Assembly: GCA_965261005.1 (NCBI GenBank)
Contig: OZ253375.1
Span: forward strand, 544,001-608,000
Direction of reading: 5' to 3'
DNA length: 64,000 nucleotides
DNA from: Deinococcus sp.
Lineage (GTDB): Bacteria > Deinococcota > Deinococci > Deinococcales > Deinococcaceae
Shown here piece after piece: positions 15,472 to 26,448 of this stretch. Below the pieces are notes generated by a model that saw only the letters and a list, made by a program, of their open reading frames with translations, did not search any database and was not told the origin of the DNA. Each line of letters begins with the position of its first letter. The stretch's first letter is position 1. The translations under genes and the position numbers were made by a program.

Positions 15472-16539
15472 ATGGCCCACCACCTCTTGTTCGCCGGCAG
15501 CTACACCCGGCCCGAGCCTCACGTCCCGAGCGCCCGAGGGCAGGGAATTGCCGCCTTTGACTTCGACGCGGACGCGGGAACGCTGCACCCCCTCGGCGTT
15601 CACACCGGCCCGGCCAACCCCACCTTTTTGGCGGCGCACCCAAACGGGCGTTTTCTATACGCGGTGAGCGAGGTCGAGGCCGGCGTGCTGAGCGCCTTTG
15701 AAGTCGGTTCAGGGGGCGCGCTCAAAGCGCTGAACGCCCAACCGACGGAGGGCGGCGCGCCGGTTCAGGTGAGTCTCGACCCTCAGGGGCGCTTCGCCTA
15801 CGCGGTCAACTACGCCGGGGGGGCGGCCATCACGGCCTTTCCCGTCTTGCCGGACGGCTCCCTCGGGCCGCGCGCCGCCGCCGCCGAGCACGCCGGCGGC
15901 GGGCCGAACCCTGGGCGGCAGGCGGGGCCGCATCCCCACGGCGTTCAGGTCTCCCCCGACGGCCGCCACGTCTACGTCTGCGACCTCGGCACCGACGAGG
16001 TCGTGACCTACGCCCCACCGGAGGGACAGCCCTCGCCGCGCCGCCTGAACGCGCTGCGCCTGCCCCCCGGCAGCGGCCCGCGCCACCTGACCCTGCACCC
16101 GTCCGGGCGCTTCGCCTACGCGGCGCTGGAGCTGGGTTCGGGGGTGGCCGCGCTGAACCGCGACCCAGAGAGTGGCGCGCTCATTGTGCGGCAACGTGTG
16201 CCCGCGCAGCCGCGAGCTTACACGGGCGAAAACGCGCCGGCCGAGGTGCTCCTGAGCGCCGACGGCCGCTTCGTGTACGTCAGCACCCGGGGGCACGACG
16301 GCGTCGCCGTGTTCGGGGTGAACGGCGGGACTGGCGAGCTGACCAACCTGGCCTTTGTTCCAACCCTCGGAAAGACGCCCAGAAGCTGCGTTCTCTCGCC
16401 GAATGAGGAACATGTGCTGGCGGCCAACCAGGACTCTTCGACCATCACGGTGTTCCGGCGCGACGCGCGCACCGGCGGGCTGAGCGGCGGCACCATCTTT
16501 CCCTGCCCCACGCCGGCCAGCCTGTGCTTTGTGCCTTGA
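15472..16539 (+). CDS. pgl: 6-phosphogluconolactonase-like beta-propeller lactonase
   Basis: PHPH, SPDG, DLGTD and GSGPRH motifs. Confidence 0.85.
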   Translation: MAHHLLFAGSYTRPEPHVPSARGQGIAAFDFDADAGTLHPLGVHTGPANPTFLAAHPNGRFLYAVSEVEAGVLSAFEVGSGGALKALNAQPTEGGAPVQVSLDPQGRFAYAVNYAGGAAITAFPVLPDGSLGPRAAAAEHAGGGPNPGRQAGPHPHGVQVSPDGRHVYVCDLGTDEVVTYAPPEGQPSPRRLNALRLPPGSGPRHLTLHPSGRFAYAALELGSGVAALNRDPESGALIVRQRVPAQPRAYTGENAPAEVLLSADGRFVYVSTRGHDGVAVFGVNGGTGELTNLAFVPTLGKTPRSCVLSPNEEHVLAANQDSSTITVFRRDARTGGLSGGTIFPCPTPASLCFVP

Positions 16540-16572
16540 CAGAAAACGCTCTGCCGTTCACCTTGAGGGGCG

Positions 16573-18078
16573 ATGACCGACACCGTACCGGGCCAGACAG
16601 CTACGCTCCCCCTCGTTCCCTACCCCCGCCACCTTGAACGGGGGGCGGGGCAACTGACGGCCCGCGCCCTTCGCCCGCCCCCCCAGGACGCGCCGCACGC
16701 CCGCGAGGCCGCCGAGCTGCTTGGGGCGCACGGCTACACGCTGATTGAAACGGCCGGGGCGGAACTCTCGCTGAACCTCGACCCGCTGCTGGCCGGGGAG
16801 GCGTACCGGCTGCACGTCGGCGAGGGCGGCGTGATGATCGGCGGCGGCTCGGCGGCGGGCGTCTTTTACGGGCTGGAGACGCTGCGGCAGCTGCTTCAGT
16901 CGGGCGGGCCGCTGCCGTACCTGGACGTCCTCGACGAGCCGCAGTTCGGGTGGCGCGGCCTGATGCTGGATGTGGCCCGCCACTTCATGCCGCTCCCCTT
17001 TGTCAAAAAGCTGCTCGACCTCTTGGCGCGGCACAAGCTGAACATTTTCCACCTGCACCTCAGCGACGACCAGGGATGGCGCATGGAGATCAAGACGTAC
17101 CCGCGCCTGACCGACGTCGGCGCGTGGCGCGCCCGGACGCAGTTGGGGCACGGCCTCGACTCGCCGCGCGTGTACGGCGACGAGCCGCACGGCGGCTTTT
17201 ACACCCAAGAAGAACTGCGCGACCTGGTCGCCTACGCGGCCGAGCGCCACATCACCGTCGTGCCGGAAATTGACATGCCGGGCCACATGCTGGCCGCTAT
17301 CGCCGCCTACCCGCAGCTGGGCAACCATCCGGACGTGCGGCGCGAGGTCGGCAGCTCCTGGGGCGTCATCGATCACGTGTTGAACTTGGAAGAGAGCACC
17401 TTTGAATTCTTGGAGAACGTGCTGCGCGAGGTCTTCGGGGTGTTTCCGGGTCCCTACGTTCACCTGGGCGGCGACGAGTGCCCCCCGGACGAGTGGATGG
17501 CCAGCGGGCGCGCCCGGGAGCGCGCCCACGAACTCGGCTTGGAGAACGCGGAAGCGTCGCAGGCGTACTTCATGCGGCGCATGGCCGGCTTTCTCAAGGC
17601 GCACGGCAAGCACTTCGTCGGCTGGGACGAGGTCATTGACAACACCGTGCTGGAGCGCGACGCCGTCATCATGGCTTGGCGGCCCGCCGACTACAGCTTG
17701 GAGGCGCTCAGGGAGGGCTTTCCCGTCGTGATGGCGCCCAACGCCCTCACCTACCTCGACCATTACCAAAAGCCGCCGGGGGAGGTGGCGCAGCCCCTCG
17801 CCATCGGCGGCCACACGTCCTGGGAAAGGCTGTACCGCTGGCAGGTCTACCCGGAAGGCGCGGGGGAAGCGTTGCGCGCGAATGTGGTGGGCGCGCAGGT
17901 ACAGGTCTGGACCGAGTACATGAAGACGCCGCAGCAAGTTGAGTTCATGGTCTTTCCGCGCCTGAGCGCCTTTAGCGAGGTCGTCTGGTCCTCCCCGGAG
18001 TCGCGCGACACCGGCGACCTCGGCGCCCGCCTGAGGGAACTGCTGCCCCACCTGAACGTCGCCCACGGGCCGCTGTAA
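16573..18078 (+). CDS. Beta-N-acetylhexosaminidase (GH20), no signal peptide
   Basis: RGLMLDVARHF, HLSDDQGWR, PEIDMPGH, HLGGDE and WTEY motifs. Confidence 0.93.
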   Translation: MTDTVPGQTATLPLVPYPRHLERGAGQLTARALRPPPQDAPHAREAAELLGAHGYTLIETAGAELSLNLDPLLAGEAYRLHVGEGGVMIGGGSAAGVFYGLETLRQLLQSGGPLPYLDVLDEPQFGWRGLMLDVARHFMPLPFVKKLLDLLARHKLNIFHLHLSDDQGWRMEIKTYPRLTDVGAWRARTQLGHGLDSPRVYGDEPHGGFYTQEELRDLVAYAAERHITVVPEIDMPGHMLAAIAAYPQLGNHPDVRREVGSSWGVIDHVLNLEESTFEFLENVLREVFGVFPGPYVHLGGDECPPDEWMASGRARERAHELGLENAEASQAYFMRRMAGFLKAHGKHFVGWDEVIDNTVLERDAVIMAWRPADYSLEALREGFPVVMAPNALTYLDHYQKPPGEVAQPLAIGGHTSWERLYRWQVYPEGAGEALRANVVGAQVQVWTEYMKTPQQVEFMVFPRLSAFSEVVWSSPESRDTGDLGARLRELLPHLNVAHGPL

Positions 18079-18183
18079 CGAAGACAACTTCCCGAACCGG
18101 AGCGATTTCTGACATCCCTCCGGCGTCCCGACGTTTATACTTTATTTATTCGCCTCGCAAGCTGTGGCGTTCGGAGGCGCGCC

Positions 18184-18861
18184 ATGAAGAAATTGCGACC
18201 GTTTTGCCCCGCACCCCTGGGGCGCCTTTACGGCGCCCTGCGCGACCCGATCAGCAGCTTGACGCACTGGCTCGGGGCGGTTCTTTCCCTCGGTTTGCTG
18301 GGCGTGCTGCTCGCTTGGGCCTACAGGCAGGGGTTGCCGCTGTGGCCCTTCGCGGCCTTCGGCGTCAGTGCGGCGCTGCTGTACATCGCCTCGGCCTCGT
18401 ACCACAGCTTTCGCGTCTCGGCGCGGGCGCTGCTGTGGCTGCGCAAGCTCGACCACGGCGCCATCTTCCTGTTGATCGCGGGCAGCTTCACGCCACTGCT
18501 GTATTTCGGGCTGGGAAACGGCACCCGCACCGCCGTGCTGGGCGCGCTGTGGGGCGTCGCCCTGGCGGGGGTGGCGCTCAAGCTGATCACCATGCGCCTG
18601 CCGCGCTGGGTCTCCACCGCCCTCTATCTGGGCATGGCCTGGACCATGCTGATCTTCGTGCCCCAACTGGCGCGGACGCTGCCGGCGGCATCGCTCATCT
18701 GGCTGGGCGTCGGCGGGCTGCTGTACAGCGTGGGGGCGCTCATTTACGCCACCAAAAAGCCCGACTTCAGGCCGGGCGTGTTCGGCTTTCACGAGGTCTG
18801 GCACCTCTTCGTGCTGGGCGGCACCGGCGCGACCTTTGGCATGGCGCTGAGCCTGCGCTGA
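18184..18861 (+). CDS. Hemolysin III/PAQR family membrane protein (TrhA-like)
   Basis: [21 protein letters not shown] and FHEVWHLFV motifs. Confidence 0.9.
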   Translation: MKKLRPFCPAPLGRLYGALRDPISSLTHWLGAVLSLGLLGVLLAWAYRQGLPLWPFAAFGVSAALLYIASASYHSFRVSARALLWLRKLDHGAIFLLIAGSFTPLLYFGLGNGTRTAVLGALWGVALAGVALKLITMRLPRWVSTALYLGMAWTMLIFVPQLARTLPAASLIWLGVGGLLYSVGALIYATKKPDFRPGVFGFHEVWHLFVLGGTGATFGMALSLR

Positions 18862-18863
18862 GT

Positions 18864-19484
18864 TCACCCCCTGAGCAACCAGGCCGGGCCGCGCGGGTCC
18901 AGGGCTTGCTCAGCGAGGGCGTGCTTAGAGTGAGCGCGCGCCCGCTTGAGGGTGTCCAGCACGTGGTCTCGCCGCTCCGGGTGCCCCGCCAAGCCGCGGC
19001 TACTCGGATGCCAACTAAACAGCGTCACCACGTCCGGGTATTGGCTGCGCAACGGTGCCCAGCCACGTGTGGCCCACTCGCCCAGCGTCACGACCACATG
19101 CAGGTTGGGCAGCAGGGCCAGCACTTCCCGCAGGTGAGCGCGCCCGTCCCGAACCTCCCGAATGGCGCCGCCCTCGCCGACGTACCACGGCACAATGTTC
19201 CAAAAGGCCAGTTCTTCGCGGGCCAGCCCCGCTTCCCGCACGAGGGCCAGCAGGTTACGCGCGGTGGGGTCGGCGTTGTCCATGCTCACGAGGCCGCTGC
19301 CGCCCACCCCCGCTACGGCCCCCGGACCGGGCGCCTTCAGCAGCAGCAGCATGCGAGCGCGCACGCCGCCGTCGAGGGGATCGAAGTCCGGCACGTCCGA
19401 GCGGCCGAGTTGGGCGCGCAGACGTTCCACGTAGGCTGCGAGCGGCGCCATATGGTCGGCCTGAAGGCGTTCTGAGGGCGACAC
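18864..19484 (-). CDS. Uracil-DNA glycosylase superfamily protein
   Basis: DFDPLDGG, LKAPG, NADPTA, WNIVPW and HPS motifs; leaderless TACAGT-6-GTG. Confidence 0.8.
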   Translation of the reverse strand: MSPSERLQADHMAPLAAYVERLRAQLGRSDVPDFDPLDGGVRARMLLLLKAPGPGAVAGVGGSGLVSMDNADPTARNLLALVREAGLAREELAFWNIVPWYVGEGGAIREVRDGRAHLREVLALLPNLHVVVTLGEWATRGWAPLRSQYPDVVTLFSWHPSSRGLAGHPERRDHVLDTLKRARAHSKHALAEQALDPRGPAWLLRG

Positions 19485-19554
19485 GCCCGAACTGTAGCAC
19501 CAAACTTGACCGGACAAAGGCTTCCGCCGCCCTCCCTGCCTTACACTGTCTCTG

Positions 19555-20268
19555 ATGAATGAAAGCGGACCGCTGGAGCGCCTGTACCGAGTTCAACAGC
19601 TCGACCTCAACCTCGACCAGCTTCAAACCGAGGAGGGCCGCGTGCCAGAGGCGCTGGAGGGGGCGCGGCGCGAGCAGGGGCGCGTAAACAACGCGCTTGA
19701 GGACGCCGAGATCGAGTTGGAGGGCGTGGAAAAGCAGGTGAGAACACTGGAAGGCGACCTCGCCTCGACGAGGGACCAGATCGCGCACAGCAAGGCCGAG
19801 CAGGACAAGAACGCCTTCGACGCCAAGGCGCAGACCCAATACCAAAACCGCATTCAGCAGCTGGGGGACCGCATCACCGAGACCGAGGGCGACGTGCAGC
19901 CGCTGTACGAGCGCCGCCGCGCGCTGGAAGAACGGCGCGGCGAGCTGCGCGCCCACCTGCGGGAACTGCGCCCGAGAATCGCGCAGATGGAGCAGGATGA
20001 CCAGGCGCGCGTGCAGGGTTTGCAATCCCAGCAGGCCGGGGTGCGCGCAGAGCGCGACGGGGAGGCGACCACCATCGAGCCGAGGCTGTACAAGGAGTAC
20101 ACCATGATCCGCCGGGCCAAGCGTGGCCTGGGCATCGTGCCCATCGAGAACGGACGTTGCACCGGCTGCAACATGCAGCTGCCGGTGACGGTGCAACAGC
20201 GCGCCGGCACCGGCAAGCTGCCGGCCGTGAAGTGCCCCTCGTGCGGACGCTTCTTGTTCAAAAACTAA
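19555..20268 (+). CDS. Coiled-coil C4 zinc-ribbon protein (DUF164 family)
   Basis: Long coiled coil plus CTGC...CPSCGR; leaderless TACACT-7-ATG. Confidence 0.88.
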   Translation: MNESGPLERLYRVQQLDLNLDQLQTEEGRVPEALEGARREQGRVNNALEDAEIELEGVEKQVRTLEGDLASTRDQIAHSKAEQDKNAFDAKAQTQYQNRIQQLGDRITETEGDVQPLYERRRALEERRGELRAHLRELRPRIAQMEQDDQARVQGLQSQQAGVRAERDGEATTIEPRLYKEYTMIRRAKRGLGIVPIENGRCTGCNMQLPVTVQQRAGTGKLPAVKCPSCGRFLFKN

Positions 20269-20276
20269 AATGGGCC

Positions 20277-20401
20277 AAGTACCTCCCGGCTAACGTTTCG
20301 TGCTTGCGCCAAGAACGCGCAAGCACTCCACTCTCGCCAGGACGTACTTTTTCCCCTACTCGCTCTGCTCGGATGATCTAAAGATCATCAGGTAGATACT
20401 T
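20277..20401. repeat. ~125-bp MITE-like/structured small repeat between convergent genes
   Basis: Imperfect TIR AAGTACCTCC...GGTAGATACTT; internal hairpins GTGCTTGCG/CGCAAGCAC and GATGATCT/AGATCATC. Confidence 0.55.
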
Positions 20402-20846
20402 AAAAGCGCCGGAACAGCCACACGCCGCCCAGCACCAACAGCACGCCCAGCAGACGCGTCCAGCTGGCCTTGTGAACGGCCAGCCCCAGCAGACCGAAGT
20501 GGTCGAGCAGCAGCGAGATCAGCAATTGGCCCACGATCACGGCGCCGAACAGCACGGTGGTGCCGAGGCGGGGCGCCAACAGCAGCGCGGTGGGCACGTA
20601 GACGGCGCCCAGCAAACCGCCCAGCCAAGCGATGGGCGGCACGCTCGCCACGCGGGCGGCGGCGGGCCAGTGGGCGCGTGCCAGCAGCACGAACAGCGCC
20701 AGCGCGAGGCTGCCGACCGCGAAGCTGACCAGGGCCGCCAGCAGCGCGTTGCCCAGCCCCGCGCCCAAGCGGGCGTTCAGCACGGCCTGCACCGGCAGCA
20801 GCGCGCCGCCCAGGACCGCCAAGATCACGAAGAGCCACAGCATCAT
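20400..20846 (-). CDS. DMT family transporter (YdcZ/DUF606-like)
   Basis: Five TM segments; QAVLNARL, WLGGLLGA and GQLLISLLLDHFG motifs. Confidence 0.88.
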   Translation of the reverse strand: MMLWLFVILAVLGGALLPVQAVLNARLGAGLGNALLAALVSFAVGSLALALFVLLARAHWPAAARVASVPPIAWLGGLLGAVYVPTALLLAPRLGTTVLFGAVIVGQLLISLLLDHFGLLGLAVHKASWTRLLGVLLVLGGVWLFRRF

Positions 20847-20870
20847 GGCGCCACCAAGGCCAGCCCAGGC

Positions 20871-22244
20871 TCAGACCTCGACGCCGGCCCGCTCCAGCTC
20901 GGCGCGCTGCCCCTCGAAGCCGGAGCGGCCCATCAGGGCGTAGGTGAGCACCTTGCCCAGCTCGACGCCCGGCTGATCGAAGGCGTTGATGCCGAGCAAC
21001 TCGCCCATCACGCCGGTTTGCAGCATCAAAAAGTGCATCAGCTCGCCCAGCTGCTCGGCGTCTACCCGCTCGATGCTGAGGGTGGAGTTGGGCTGACCAG
21101 CCTGCGCCAGGGCGTAGGCGGTGGCGGCCAACTCGGCGTTCATCAGGCTTTGGTAGGGCTTGCCCGCCAAGTAGCCGGTCTCGGCCTCGCCGGGTTCGGC
21201 GTCGGGGATGCGGGCGTCCTTTTCGCTCTGCGCCACCCGCACGAAGGTCACGATTTTATCGCGCGGCCCCTCGCGGTACAGCTGCACCTGCGAGTGCTGG
21301 TCGGTGGTGCCGACCGCCTTGACCGGGGTGGTGCCAACGTGGCCGCCCCCCGGCGTGTTTTTGCCCAGGCTCTCGGCCCACAGCTGCGCGAACCAATCGG
21401 CCAGGTAGCGCAGCCGGGTCGAGTAGGGCATGAAGACCGTGATGTTGCGCCCGGCTTGGCCGTAGAGGTACTGGACCAAGGCGGCCTGCAAGATTTCGTT
21501 GTCGGCCGCGGGCTTCTCGAAGTGCCCGGCGGCCTTGCGCGCGCCGCGCAGCAGGGCGTCCACGTCCACCCCGCCCAAGGCGGCCGGCAGCAGCCCCACC
21601 GCGCTCAGCACGCTGAAACGGCCCCCCACGTTGGGTGGCACCGGCAGCGTGGCGTACCCCTTGCGCTCCGCCAACGGGCGCAGGATGCCCTTCTCGGGGT
21701 CGGTGGTGGCGATGATCTGCCCCTTGTACTTGTCCCCCAGCGCCCCCTCCAGCCAAGCCTTGCAGCTGAGGTAGGCCGCCATGGTCTCGGTGGTGGTGCC
21801 ACTCTTGGAGATCACGTTGACCAAAGTCTTCTGGGGATCGAGGACCTCCAACAGGCCCGAAATAACGTCGCCGTCCACGTTCTCGACGAAGTGGACCCGC
21901 ATGGCGGCGCGCCTGGACTGCGAATTCTGGGACATTAGGTTGAAGGAGGGATGTTGCAGCGCCGTGACCAGCGTCAGGCCGCCCAGCGACGAGCCGCCGA
22001 TGCCGAGTACGATCAAGTCATCAAACTGACCGGCGAGGCGGTCCCGCAGCGCCTTCACTTGGCCCAGCACCTCGCCCTGGGGAAGGTCCATCCAGCCCAG
22101 GTAAGGGTCGCCGCCCGCGCGCTGGCGCCCCAAGAGGGCGTCGCGCGCCTCCTCCAAGCGGGCCGCGTGGTCCTGCAAGGCGGCCGGCCACGCCAAGCCG
22201 GCGTCGCCGAGAACGCTGCCAGAAATGTACTGAAGGTTGAGCAT
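20871..22244 (-). CDS. pgi: Glucose-6-phosphate isomerase
   Basis: GIGGSSLG, ISKSGTTTET, GGRFSV and FDQPGVELGK motifs. Confidence 0.96.
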   Translation of the reverse strand: MLNLQYISGSVLGDAGLAWPAALQDHAARLEEARDALLGRQRAGGDPYLGWMDLPQGEVLGQVKALRDRLAGQFDDLIVLGIGGSSLGGLTLVTALQHPSFNLMSQNSQSRRAAMRVHFVENVDGDVISGLLEVLDPQKTLVNVISKSGTTTETMAAYLSCKAWLEGALGDKYKGQIIATTDPEKGILRPLAERKGYATLPVPPNVGGRFSVLSAVGLLPAALGGVDVDALLRGARKAAGHFEKPAADNEILQAALVQYLYGQAGRNITVFMPYSTRLRYLADWFAQLWAESLGKNTPGGGHVGTTPVKAVGTTDQHSQVQLYREGPRDKIVTFVRVAQSEKDARIPDAEPGEAETGYLAGKPYQSLMNAELAATAYALAQAGQPNSTLSIERVDAEQLGELMHFLMLQTGVMGELLGINAFDQPGVELGKVLTYALMGRSGFEGQRAELERAGVEV

Positions 22245-22357
22245 GCCGCCAGTCTACCCAGCCCCAAGCGACTGAAACCCGAATGAGAAGTCCCTCAGCG
22301 GAGGGCCAAGCCCCGCCCGCAAAGGGCGGTGCCACAATATGGCCCAGGAGGTTCAAC

Positions 22358-22789
22358 ATGAAAAAGGCACTTTTGGTGGGTCTGGGGCTGGCAGCGACGG
22401 GCGCCCTGGGCAGCGCCGGCGCGCAGGGGCTTCAGCTCAGCGGCGGCGGCACGCTCGCGAACGGCAACCTCGGCCTCAACTTCGGCCTCACGGCGCTCAA
22501 CGTCACCAACCTGAACGGCTACTCGGTAGACTTGCGCGGCTCGGCGGACGTGCGCAGCGGCTTCAGCGCCATCAACGCCGACGCCCTGATCAACTTTCCC
22601 ACCGCGGCTTTCAACTTGTACGGCGGCGCGGGCATCGGCTTCAGCCTCGGCAACAACAACGCCCTGTTCGCCGCCCTGACCGCCGGCCTGGCCGCCCCTC
22701 TCACCGACCAGTTCGGCGTGTTCGCCGAGGCCGCTCTGCGCTTCAACGCGCCCTCGACGGTGCGCTTCGGCGTGACCTACGTGTTTTAA
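22358..22789 (+). CDS. Small outer-membrane beta-barrel-like protein
   Basis: AGGAGG SD, signal peptide, alternating beta strands, C-terminal beta-signal RFGVTYVF. Confidence 0.7.
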   Translation: MKKALLVGLGLAATGALGSAGAQGLQLSGGGTLANGNLGLNFGLTALNVTNLNGYSVDLRGSADVRSGFSAINADALINFPTAAFNLYGGAGIGFSLGNNNALFAALTAGLAAPLTDQFGVFAEAALRFNAPSTVRFGVTYVF

Positions 22790-22795
22790 GGGCCA

Positions 22796-22837
22796 ATAAG
22801 AAAAGCGGGAAGGCTTCGGCCTTCCCGCTTTTCTTAT
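22796..22837. terminator. Bidirectional intrinsic terminator
   Basis: Perfect 19-bp arms with TTCG loop between convergent genes. Confidence 0.92.
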
Positions 22838-22842
22838 GACCC

Positions 22843-23340
22843 CTACTTCTTGAGCTGCTTGACCACGGCGTCGGTCAGGTCGGTGCTTTTCAGATCGGCG
22901 TAGATCACCAGGCCGGTCTGCTGGGCGATGGCGCCGTCGAAGACCAGGCCGTAGCCCTGCGCCCTCGCGGCGGTGGCCACGGCGGCGTTGACCGTTTTGG
23001 ATACCGGCTCGAACTTGGCCTGAATCTGCTTTTGGTAGTTGGCGTTGGCGGCGTTAAAGGTCCGAACGGCGGTGTCGAGGGCTTGGCGGTCGGCGGCGCT
23101 CGCTCCTCCCCCGGCCACCTTTTGTTGCAGGGCGCGCACGGCGTCGGCCTGCTTTTTTAGATCGGCGTCGGCCTGCTTGCGAATGGCCGCCACCCCCTGA
23201 CCGCCCGGCGTGGCGGCCAGCACCTTTTGGACGTTCACGACGGCAATTTTGCTGCCGGCCTTTTGCGCCCCCGGGGCGGTGAGCAGCAGGGCGAGCGGGG
23301 CGAGCAGCAGCAGCTTGGGCAGATGGGGTTGAACGTTCAT
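22843..23340 (-). CDS. OmpH/Skp family periplasmic chaperone (copy 2)
   Basis: Signal peptide, KIAVVNVQKV, coiled coil, VIYAD...DLTDAV; GGAGG SD. Confidence 0.85.
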   Translation of the reverse strand: MNVQPHLPKLLLLAPLALLLTAPGAQKAGSKIAVVNVQKVLAATPGGQGVAAIRKQADADLKKQADAVRALQQKVAGGGASAADRQALDTAVRTFNAANANYQKQIQAKFEPVSKTVNAAVATAARAQGYGLVFDGAIAQQTGLVIYADLKSTDLTDAVVKQLKK

Positions 23341-23372
23341 ACGGCCTCCAGTGAAACGAGTAGAACCGGGCG

Positions 23373-23401
23373 AAAAAGAAGCCCCCGCAAAGGGGGGCGG
23401 G
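23373..23401 (-). terminator. Terminator-like hairpin between the two ompH copies
   Basis: Minus strand GCCCCCC-TTTGC-GGGGGC-TTCTTTTT. Confidence 0.6.
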
Positions 23402-23417
23402 ACGGAAAGATCAAGCC

Positions 23418-23906
23418 CTACTTCTTGATCTGCGCGATCACCGCCGGCGTCAGGTCCAGCGACTTCTCGTCGGCGTAGATCACCAGTTGGCTGCCGGCCG
23501 CCACGCCCTTGTTGAGAACCATGCTGAAGCCCTGATCCTGGGCAACCTTGGTGACGGCCGTGTTCACGTCGGCGTTGATAGGGGTCAGCTTGGCGTTGAC
23601 TTGGTCTTCCCACTTCTTGGCGTTGGCTTGGTAGGTCTTGAGCAGGGTGTCGTACTGCTGGCGCTCGGCGGCCGTGGCGTTCGTCCCCTTGTCCTGAATG
23701 GCCTTGAGCTGGTCGGCGGCGGGCTTGAGGTCGGTTTGTGACTTTTTGTAGAGGCCGTCCACCTCGCCGTACTTGGGGCTGGCCTGCAACACGGCCTGCA
23801 CGTCCACGTAGCCGATCTTCTGGGAGGCGTTTTGGGCGTGGGGGACTGTGGCGAGGGAAGCCAGCGCGCCGAGGGCGGCCAGCGGAATCAGTGCTTTCGC
23901 GTTCAT
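23418..23906 (-). CDS. OmpH/Skp family periplasmic chaperone (copy 1)
   Basis: Signal peptide, KIGYVDVQAV, VIYAD...DLTPAV. Confidence 0.88.
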   Translation of the reverse strand: MNAKALIPLAALGALASLATVPHAQNASQKIGYVDVQAVLQASPKYGEVDGLYKKSQTDLKPAADQLKAIQDKGTNATAAERQQYDTLLKTYQANAKKWEDQVNAKLTPINADVNTAVTKVAQDQGFSMVLNKGVAAGSQLVIYADEKSLDLTPAVIAQIKK

Positions 23907-23983
23907 ATCGCGCACGAGTGTAGCACGGGCAACTTGAGCCTCATGAACCCCCGCTGACGCGTCTGAGCGCCTAGAATCACCAC

Positions 23984-24610
23984 ATGCTGGTACGCGACTG
24001 GATGACCCCGGAGCCCACCACCGCCACCCCCGACACGCCGGTGCTGGACGCCCTGCGCCTGCTGAGGGAAAAGGGCTTTCGCCGTTTGCCGGTGATGGAC
24101 GGCGCCCGCCTCACGGGCATCGTCACGCGCAAGGACCTCAAGGACGCCACGCCCAGCCAAGCGACTACCCTGAGCGTGTGGGAACTGTCCGCCCTACTGT
24201 CCAAGCTGACCGTCGGCGAAATCATGGCGCGCCCGGTCGTGACCGCCAAGGAGGAGGAGTACATGGAGGACGCCGCCCTCCGAATGCAGGAGCGCGGCGT
24301 GGGCGGGTTGCCGGTGCTCGGGGAAGGCGGCCAATTGAGCGGCATCATCACCGTCAGCGACGTGCTGCGCGCCTTTACAGAGATCATGGGCCTCAGGGAA
24401 GGTGGCAAGCGCCTCACCTTCGATTTGCCCGACGTGCCGGGCAGCTTGGCGCGGGCCACGGCGGCGGCGGCCCCCAGCAACATCATCTCGCTCGCGACGG
24501 CCGGGCGCGTCGGCGGCCACCGCCGCTTCGTGATGCGCGTGGTCGGCGAGGACGCGGCGGGCGCGGCGGCGCGGGCGCGGGCGGCGGGGCTTGAGGTCGT
24601 GGAGGAGTAG
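23984..24610 (+). CDS. CBS-pair plus ACT domain protein (AcuB-like)
   Basis: Two CBS repeats and DVPGSL ACT start; leaderless TAGAAT-6-ATG. Confidence 0.85.
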   Translation: MLVRDWMTPEPTTATPDTPVLDALRLLREKGFRRLPVMDGARLTGIVTRKDLKDATPSQATTLSVWELSALLSKLTVGEIMARPVVTAKEEEYMEDAALRMQERGVGGLPVLGEGGQLSGIITVSDVLRAFTEIMGLREGGKRLTFDLPDVPGSLARATAAAAPSNIISLATAGRVGGHRRFVMRVVGEDAAGAAARARAAGLEVVEE

Positions 24611-24642
24611 GAACCTGCTTCTGGGAAGGGTGAACACCTGAC

Positions 24643-25380
24643 TTAACGCTGTGCTGAGTTCAGGTCGGGAGCGTCCTCCACCCTCAGCCGCTCCACCTCG
24701 ATCTCGCCGTGCACCTCCGCCTGATGAACTGCGAACTCCCCCGTCTTGACCCCTTCCAAAAGGGCCGCAAAGTAGGTGCCGCGCTCGCCCCAGTCCTGGG
24801 TGGGCACGTGGCCGAAGGTGAAGCGCGTCAGGCGACCGGCGTAGGCGCGCAAGGCCGTCAGGGCGTCGCGCAGGGTCAACCTTTCGCGGGCCAGCAGCGG
24901 CACGCTCACCTCGCGCACGGCGTTTTTGGCGGCGCGCACCAGCTTTGCGAGGCCGTCCGGGGCGGGGGCGGGAACGCGGCGCGGCCAGCCGAGGTCGAGC
25001 GGCGGCGCGGCGATCAGGCCGGCGCGCTCCCTGCGGCGCCCGCTCAGAAAGCTGACCAGCGCGTCCAACTCGGCCAGCGCCGAAACGCCCTGCGCCACCT
25101 CGTCCAAGAAGTCGTCCTCGGGCAGGTCCTCGCTCTCGGGCTGGGGCAGCAGCAAGCGCGCCTTGAGGGCGATCACGCCCGCGAGAACCGGCAAGACCTC
25201 GTGGCCGAGGTCCGCGTGTTCGCTTCGCCATCCCCCAAAGCGTGCCAGCACCCGCCGGGTCAAGTCGAGCAGCGGCACCTCATGGGGCTGCACCCGGCCG
25301 GTTCGCAACGCCCCTGCCAGCTCATCCAAACTGCCCGAAAAGGCGGGCAGTTCCACCAGGAACGGCCCTTCAGCGCTCAC
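24643..25380 (-). CDS. scpA: Segregation and condensation protein A
   Basis: F(S)GSLD-L, LKARLLLP and FAALLE...Q...GEI kleisin motifs. Confidence 0.8.
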   Translation of the reverse strand: MSAEGPFLVELPAFSGSLDELAGALRTGRVQPHEVPLLDLTRRVLARFGGWRSEHADLGHEVLPVLAGVIALKARLLLPQPESEDLPEDDFLDEVAQGVSALAELDALVSFLSGRRRERAGLIAAPPLDLGWPRRVPAPAPDGLAKLVRAAKNAVREVSVPLLARERLTLRDALTALRAYAGRLTRFTFGHVPTQDWGERGTYFAALLEGVKTGEFAVHQAEVHGEIEVERLRVEDAPDLNSAQR

Positions 25381-25382
25381 GC

Positions 25383-26405
<1,023 letters not shown>

Positions 26406-26448
26406 GGAGAAAGTATAGGGACTGCCCAGACAAAATTTTGTGTTTGCC

